Below are positions 58,641-64,000 of a stretch of 64,000 nt of DNA, piece by piece; position 1 is the first letter of the stretch; each line of letters starts with the position of its first letter. Source of the stretch: Malacoraja senta. Lineage: Eukaryota. The position numbers were made by a program, and so were the translations under genes. The stretch lies in assembly GCA_038087875.1 (NCBI GenBank), contig JAXLNO010001745.1:1-64000 (forward strand), in the 5' to 3' direction. The notes below the pieces were generated by a model. That model saw only the letters and a program-made list of their open reading frames with translations. It was not told where the DNA came from and did not search any database.

Positions 58641-60017
58641 ATTAAAAGCCAAATCTTGACCACTTCCTGTTAGCACTCTATATTGATTTTAGAAAAATCG
58701 CTACCTTTTACTGCTGGGATCTTTGGCCGTCTTACTCAGAATCCCCCTCCAGCTGTCAGGGCCAGAGGATTTTTCCCATCGATGAAAAATAAAAGACTTA
58801 TTAATGTTTTTAAAATGTTGGATTCTCACTCCTGTCAATCACACCATGAAGGCCACGCCCCATCCATTGGGACGGGGAGGGACTATAAACCCGGAAGTGT
58901 GGACGTTCCGCAGTCGCTAGTAGATTGTGAAGGAGAGATCATGACTCTCAGTCTGAGCTGTGACTAAACTGAACACTGAACACATGTCTACTAAACTGTG
59001 AGTGTGGTTTGATGTGCTTTTATGTGGTTTATTTGGAACTGTGTTTGGAAGGAATAAATGTTTTTACGTGCCTTTTGACTGTGCCGCTAATTCAAAAGTG
59101 TGCCTTTTGACTGTGCCACTTATTGAAAAGTGTGCCTTTTGACTGTGCCGCTAATTGAACGTGTGCCTTTTGACTGTGCCGCTAAACTGTGCCTATATTT
59201 TAATATGTGTTTTGCTTTTTAAATGTAGCTTGAATTTTAAATGTGGCTTGCTGTGCAACCGTTTTTTGAAGGAAAACCCGTGAATAAACCTTTTATTAGA
59301 TCACGACTGTGTTTAATGCAAAATTGCCGCTCACTCCGTGACTTCTGCTTAGTGGAGAGATGGTGCTGATTGCGTCATTTCCGGTGAGTTCAGAGGTGGC
59401 GCTCAGTGCGGAAGGGCCAAAGTGGAGACGCCGCCCTGAACAATTTGAGTAATTCAAGAGAGCTCACTGCCATACATATGGTGAGTGTGTGTGTTTGTTG
59501 AAAGTTATTTAAAGCACGTTTTTGCAGTAGCAGCAGCTCGAGAGGAGTGTTTTGGAATAAAAAGGCTTTAAACATTTGAATCATTTGGTTTGGACACATC
59601 TGTGTTCTTATTTTCAAATTACTTACATAGAATATATGGTTAGTAAAAGGATTCAGTATGCTTACAACGCTCTGAAGTTATTTGGCATTTTAGTATTGGT
59701 GCTGTGTGTGAGTGTGTGTCTGTGTGTGTGTGTGTGTGCGTGTGTGTGTGTGAGAGAGTGTGTCTATTTGTTTGTGTGTATGTGTGCGTGTCTTTCTATA
59801 TGTGTATATGTGTGTGTGTGTTTGTGTGTGTATGTGTGTCTTTGTGTTTGTNNNNNNNNNNNNNNNNNNNNNNNNNNNNNNNNNNNNNNNNNNNNNNNNN
59901 NNNNNNNNNNNNNNNNNNNNNNNNNNNNNNNNNNNNNNNNNNNNNNNNNNNNNNNNNNNNNNNNNNNNNNNNNNNNNNNNNNNNNNNNNNNNNNNNNNNN
60001 NNNNNNNNNNNNNNNNN

Positions 60018-60305
60018 TGCAGTGAGGTTGGAATTGCTGCCCGCATCCTGCTTGGAGTGCTGTGGGGTTGGACTTACTGCCTGCACTCTGCTTGGAGTGC
60101 TGTGAGGTTGAATTTGCCTCCTGCACTCTGCTTGCTGTCTGGTTAGACTTGCTGCCTGCACTCCGCTTGGAGTGCTGTGAGGTTGGAATTGCAGCCACCA
60201 CTCTGCTTGGTGTGCTGTGAGGTTGGATTTGCTGCCTGCACTCTGCTTGGAGTGAGGTTGGACTTGCTGCCTGCACTCCGCTTGGAGTGCTGTGGTGTTG
60301 GACTT
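60018..60305. repeat. About 41-bp minisatellite
   Basis: Tandem copies of ctgcctgcactctgcttggagtgctgtgaggttggacttg. Confidence 0.9.
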
Positions 60306-60829
60306 GCAATGTTTTAAGACTCGTTCACATTTTAAACTTTAATAAATCATTTTTCCACTTGCCATGTCTGCGTGTTCTTCATCACAATGGGTTCCCTAAT
60401 AGGCAGAATGCCTGCGCTGTCGGAGAGCCACTAAGAGTGCCTGGGGGAGGGGGGAGGTTGAGGGGAGATGGACTGAATGTGAGTGTGGGGGGGAGGGGAA
60501 TGGCAAGGAGCAGAGTTGTGGAGTGAAGGGAGGAGGGGTAACTGAGTGAACTGCCACCACACCAGCTGTAATTGACTGAAGTGCCAGCCCACCAGTCGTG
60601 ACTTCACTGAACTGTAAGTCCAAGAATCCATTCAGTCCACATTGTCCATACTATCCCTCTGGAAACCAGTCCCTTCAGCCCACAACACCCATACTAGCGC
60701 TCCAGAGATCTACACAAGGAGAGACGTTCCTCCTTCATTGCTGTGATCTGTAAAAAGAGATGAAAATGTCTAAAATTGATTGTCCACCATCTCCTCCTTC
60801 TCTCTCACAGACTCTGTCACCTGTTTAAC

Positions 60830-62345
60830 CATATAACCATATAACCATAACAGCACAGAAACAGGCCATCTCGGCCCTTCAAGTCCGTGCCGAACTTTTT
60901 ATTTTTTTTATTTTTTTTTAATTAAAAAAAATAAAAAAATACTCTCGCCTAGTCCCATCTACCTGCACTCAGACCATAACCCTCCATTCCTTTCCCGTCC
61001 ATATACCCATCCAATCTATTTTTAAAGGATAAAATCGAACCTGCCTCCACCACTTCCACTGGAAGCTCATTCCACACAGCTACCACTCTCTGAGTAAAGA
61101 AGTTCCCCCTAATGTTACCCCTAAACTTTTGTCCCTTAATTCTCAAGTCATGTCCCCTTGTTTGAATCTTCCCTACTTTCAATGGGAAAAGCTTATCCAC
61201 GGCCACTCTGTCTAACCCGCTCATAATTCTAAAGACCTCTATCAAGTCCCCTCTTAACCTTCTGCGCTCCAAAGAATAAAGACCTAACTTGTTCAACCTT
61301 TCTCTTTAACTTAGTTGCTGAAACCCAGGCAACATTCTAGTAAATCTCCTCTGTACTCTCTCTATTTTGTTGACATCCTTCCTATAATTAGGCGACCAAA
61401 ATTGTACTCCATACTCCAGAATTGGCCTCACCAATGCCTTGTACAATTTTAACATTACATCCCAACTTCTATATTCAATGCTCTGATTTATAAAGGCCAG
61501 CACACCAAAAAGCTTTCTTTACCACCCTATCTACATGAGATTCCACATTCAGGGAACTATGCACAGTTATTCCTAGATCCCTCTGTTCAACTGCATTCCT
61601 CAATTCGCTACCATTTACCATGTACGTCCTATTTTGATTTGTCCTGCCGAGATGTCGCACCTCACATTTGCCAGCATTAAACTCCATCTGCCATCTTTCA
61701 GCCCACTCTTCCAAATGGCCTAAATCTCTCTGTAGACTTTGAAAATCTACTTCATTATCCACAACACCACCTATCTTAGTATCATCTGCATACTTACTAA
61801 TCCAAGTTTCCACACCATCATCCAGATCATTGATGTACATGACAAACAACAGTGGACCCAACACAGACCCCTGAGGCACCCCACTAGTCAACGGCCTCCA
61901 ACCTGACAAACAGCCATCCACCATTACTCTCTGGCATCTCCCATTCAGCCACTGTTGAATCCATCTTGCTACTCCACCATTAATACCCAACAATTGGATC
62001 TTCTTAACCAACCTTCCATGAGGAACCTTGTCAAAGGCCTTACTGAAGTCCATATAGACAACATCCACTGCTTTACCCTCATCAATTTCCCTAGTAACCT
62101 CTTCGAAAAATTCAAGAAGATTAGTCAAGCATGACCTTCCAGGCACAAATCCATGTTGACTGTTCCTAATCAGACCCTGCTTATCCAGATGCTTATATAT
62201 ATATTATCTTTAAGTATCCTTTCCATTAATTTGCCCACCACTGACGTCAAACGAACAGGTCTATAATTGCTAGGTTTACTCTTCGAACCCTTTTTAAACA
62301 ACGGAACAACATGCGCAGTACGCCAATCCTCCGGCATTATTCCCG
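60830..62345 (-). mobile_element. CR1 LINE, 5'-truncated young copy
   Basis: RT ORFs 61475-62146, 61306-61503 and 60949-61296 are nearly identical to those of the other two copies; same tail. Confidence 0.95.
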
Positions 62346-62879
62346 TTTCTAATGATATTTGATGTTTTCAGTAGAATTTCTGGCAGTTTCTGAGCTGCCA
62401 GCCCACCAGGCCTGAGTTTCTGAGCTGCCATCCCACCAGGCCTGAGTTTCTGAGCTGCCTGCCCAAGAATATATTCGGCCCACAAAACCGATGTTGGAAC
62501 TACAGAAGCCCCCACCACCGCCCCGCCACTGGCCAGCAATATTGGAAATGGTGGAGAGGTGGAAAATTGCTTTGGGGGACCAGCCCTCCCGTGTGAAGAT
62601 GGGACCCAACGGGTCTCACTTAGTCTAATGTACTTATACAAGAAGAAGTTTGGATGAATATCTTACTGTTTTTACTACTACAATAAAGAAACTATTAATC
62701 AAGAGACTGTGTTTGGAAGATTTCCCTTTCAACGGCATTGAATGTCTCGGGGAGAGCGCGTGAGTGAGTTTCGATTATCTCTTGAACCCCTGTCTTCAAT
62801 CAGAGTGAGTAAAGGAAAGAATCCTTGAAACGATATGAAAATCTGTCACTATAGGTATTACCCCAGATTACTACCCCAC

Positions 62880-63255
62880 AGTGTGTCACGCTATCAGTAC
62901 TACTCCATAGTGTGTCCCTCCATCAGCACCACCACAGTGTGCCCCTCCATCAGCACCACCACAGTGTGTCCCTCCATCAGCACCACCACAGTGTGTCCCT
63001 CCATCAGCACCACCACAGTGTGTCCCTCCATCAGTACCACCAGTGTGTCCCTCCATCAGCACCACCAAAATGTGCCCCTCCATCAGCACCACCACAGTGT
63101 GTCCCTCCATCAGTACCACAGCAGTGTGCCCCTCCGTCAGTACCACCAGAGTGAGCCCCTCCATCAGTACCACCACAGTGTGTCACTGCGTCAGTTCTGC
63201 CCCATTTTTATCCCTCCATCAGTACTATCCCACTGTATGTCACTCCATCAGTGGA
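62880..63255. repeat. 27-bp minisatellite
   Basis: Tandem copies of cagtgtgtccctccatcagcaccacca. Confidence 0.92.
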
Positions 63256-64000
63256 CGGAGAGAGGGCAGCCCTGAGAGGGGGAATAGAGAGCGTAGGAGA
63301 GTAACAGTTCAGAGAGAGTGACATCAGTAAGGATGGAGCGAGAGGGAAAGAGAGGAGGGAGAGGTGCTGCATCATTCGCGTTTTACTTAGGTTTAGGATA
63401 ATTCTGAGGCGGCAATGTTTCTGTTCTCTGAGTGTCGTGAGTCTTTGGGTCGTTCATCCCCAGAGGTGATGGAAGGCAGAGGATGTTAGGGTCCCATGGT
63501 ATATACAGATCTATTCCAGGCAAGCAGGGAGTGAATGGTTCCCGGGGTCAGTCAGCAGGAGTGTGGGGCTTGAGGTTAGTCAGTGAAGCCGCGATCATAT
63601 TGAGTGGTGAAGCAGAGTGGAGGGGGGGGGCATTTGAGTCCGAGGTGATGTGTTGAACTAATTCCTCAACCTGTGGACAAAGGTCGCCCAGTCCAGTCCA
63701 CCTTCAAACTGGGCACCAGAAGCCCTGAGAGGATCCCTGGAATTTGGCATTGCCTTGCTGAGTGAAACGGATTGAAGGAAATCAGACAAACAAAATGGGG
63801 TGGAGAGTTGGATCTGATGGAGTTTGAAACAATATCCCTTTTGCTGGAACAATGCCGCCGCTCCCAATTTCCATCCCTCAGTATTCAATTTCAATTTTTC
63901 AATTTAAAACTTTATTGGCATGATAAAAAATACATTGTTATATTGCCAAAGTATAAAACATGACATACATATTTAAAATGCATAAGTATAAATACAAGTA

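Larger units (their letters stand above)
53963..60017. other. Five N runs (assembly gaps or masking)
   Basis: 53963-54253, 55428-55584, 56162-56603, 57313-57547 and 59852-60017. Confidence 0.99.
58641..62628 (+). mobile_element. Non-autonomous Helitron containing minisatellites and a nested CR1
   Basis: 3' end: hairpin GGGACCC-AAC-GGGTCTC, then ACTTAGT-CTAA|T (CTRR) at 62628. The gagctgccagcccaccag-like repeats occur on both sides of the CR1. The 5' boundary is approximate and inferred. Confidence 0.6.

Noticed and set aside
53779-60309. ORFs of 100-340 aa in the ORF track
   Set aside because: They run through N gaps or minisatellites; the X-filled or periodic peptides are artefacts.
54788-63255. 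CRISPR-like appearance of regular short repeats
   Set aside because: Eukaryotic context, units are directly tandem without unique spacers, and there are no cas genes.
62886-63321. His-rich and PSISTTTVC repeat ORFs
   Set aside because: They are in-frame readings of a 27-bp minisatellite with no splice or promoter support.

Overview
Eukaryotic, repeat-dense DNA. The repeat spectrum (CR1, L1, Rex1/Babar, Penelope, tRNA-derived SINEs, Helitrons, hAT elements) suggests a cartilaginous fish, probably a skate; this is an inference. The one clearly recognisable host gene is a + strand MHC class I-like gene. Its alpha2 (15687-15962), alpha3 (25731-25997) and TM (28664-28771) exons and a probable cytoplasmic exon (39070-39110) all splice in phase 1. 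Leader and alpha1 exons were not found and probably lie upstream of the window. The gene looks non-classical: peptide anchors T143 and Y159 are lost, the alpha2 groove is strongly hydrophobic, and the predicted tail RKKRRDYQNIQ resembles the human CD1b lysosomal sorting tail RRRSYQNIP. This suggests a CD1-like, lipid-presenting molecule. The window also holds a head-to-tail Helitron array, a hAT nested in another hAT, an ERV remnant (env TM, PPT and 3' LTR), three near-identical young CR1 copies and a decayed near-full-length L1. A candidate small unidentified gene lies at about 54.6-56.85 kb, partly hidden by N gaps, among a cluster of minisatellites. All alignments were made by eye, and repeat boundaries are approximate unless a TSD or TIR is quoted.
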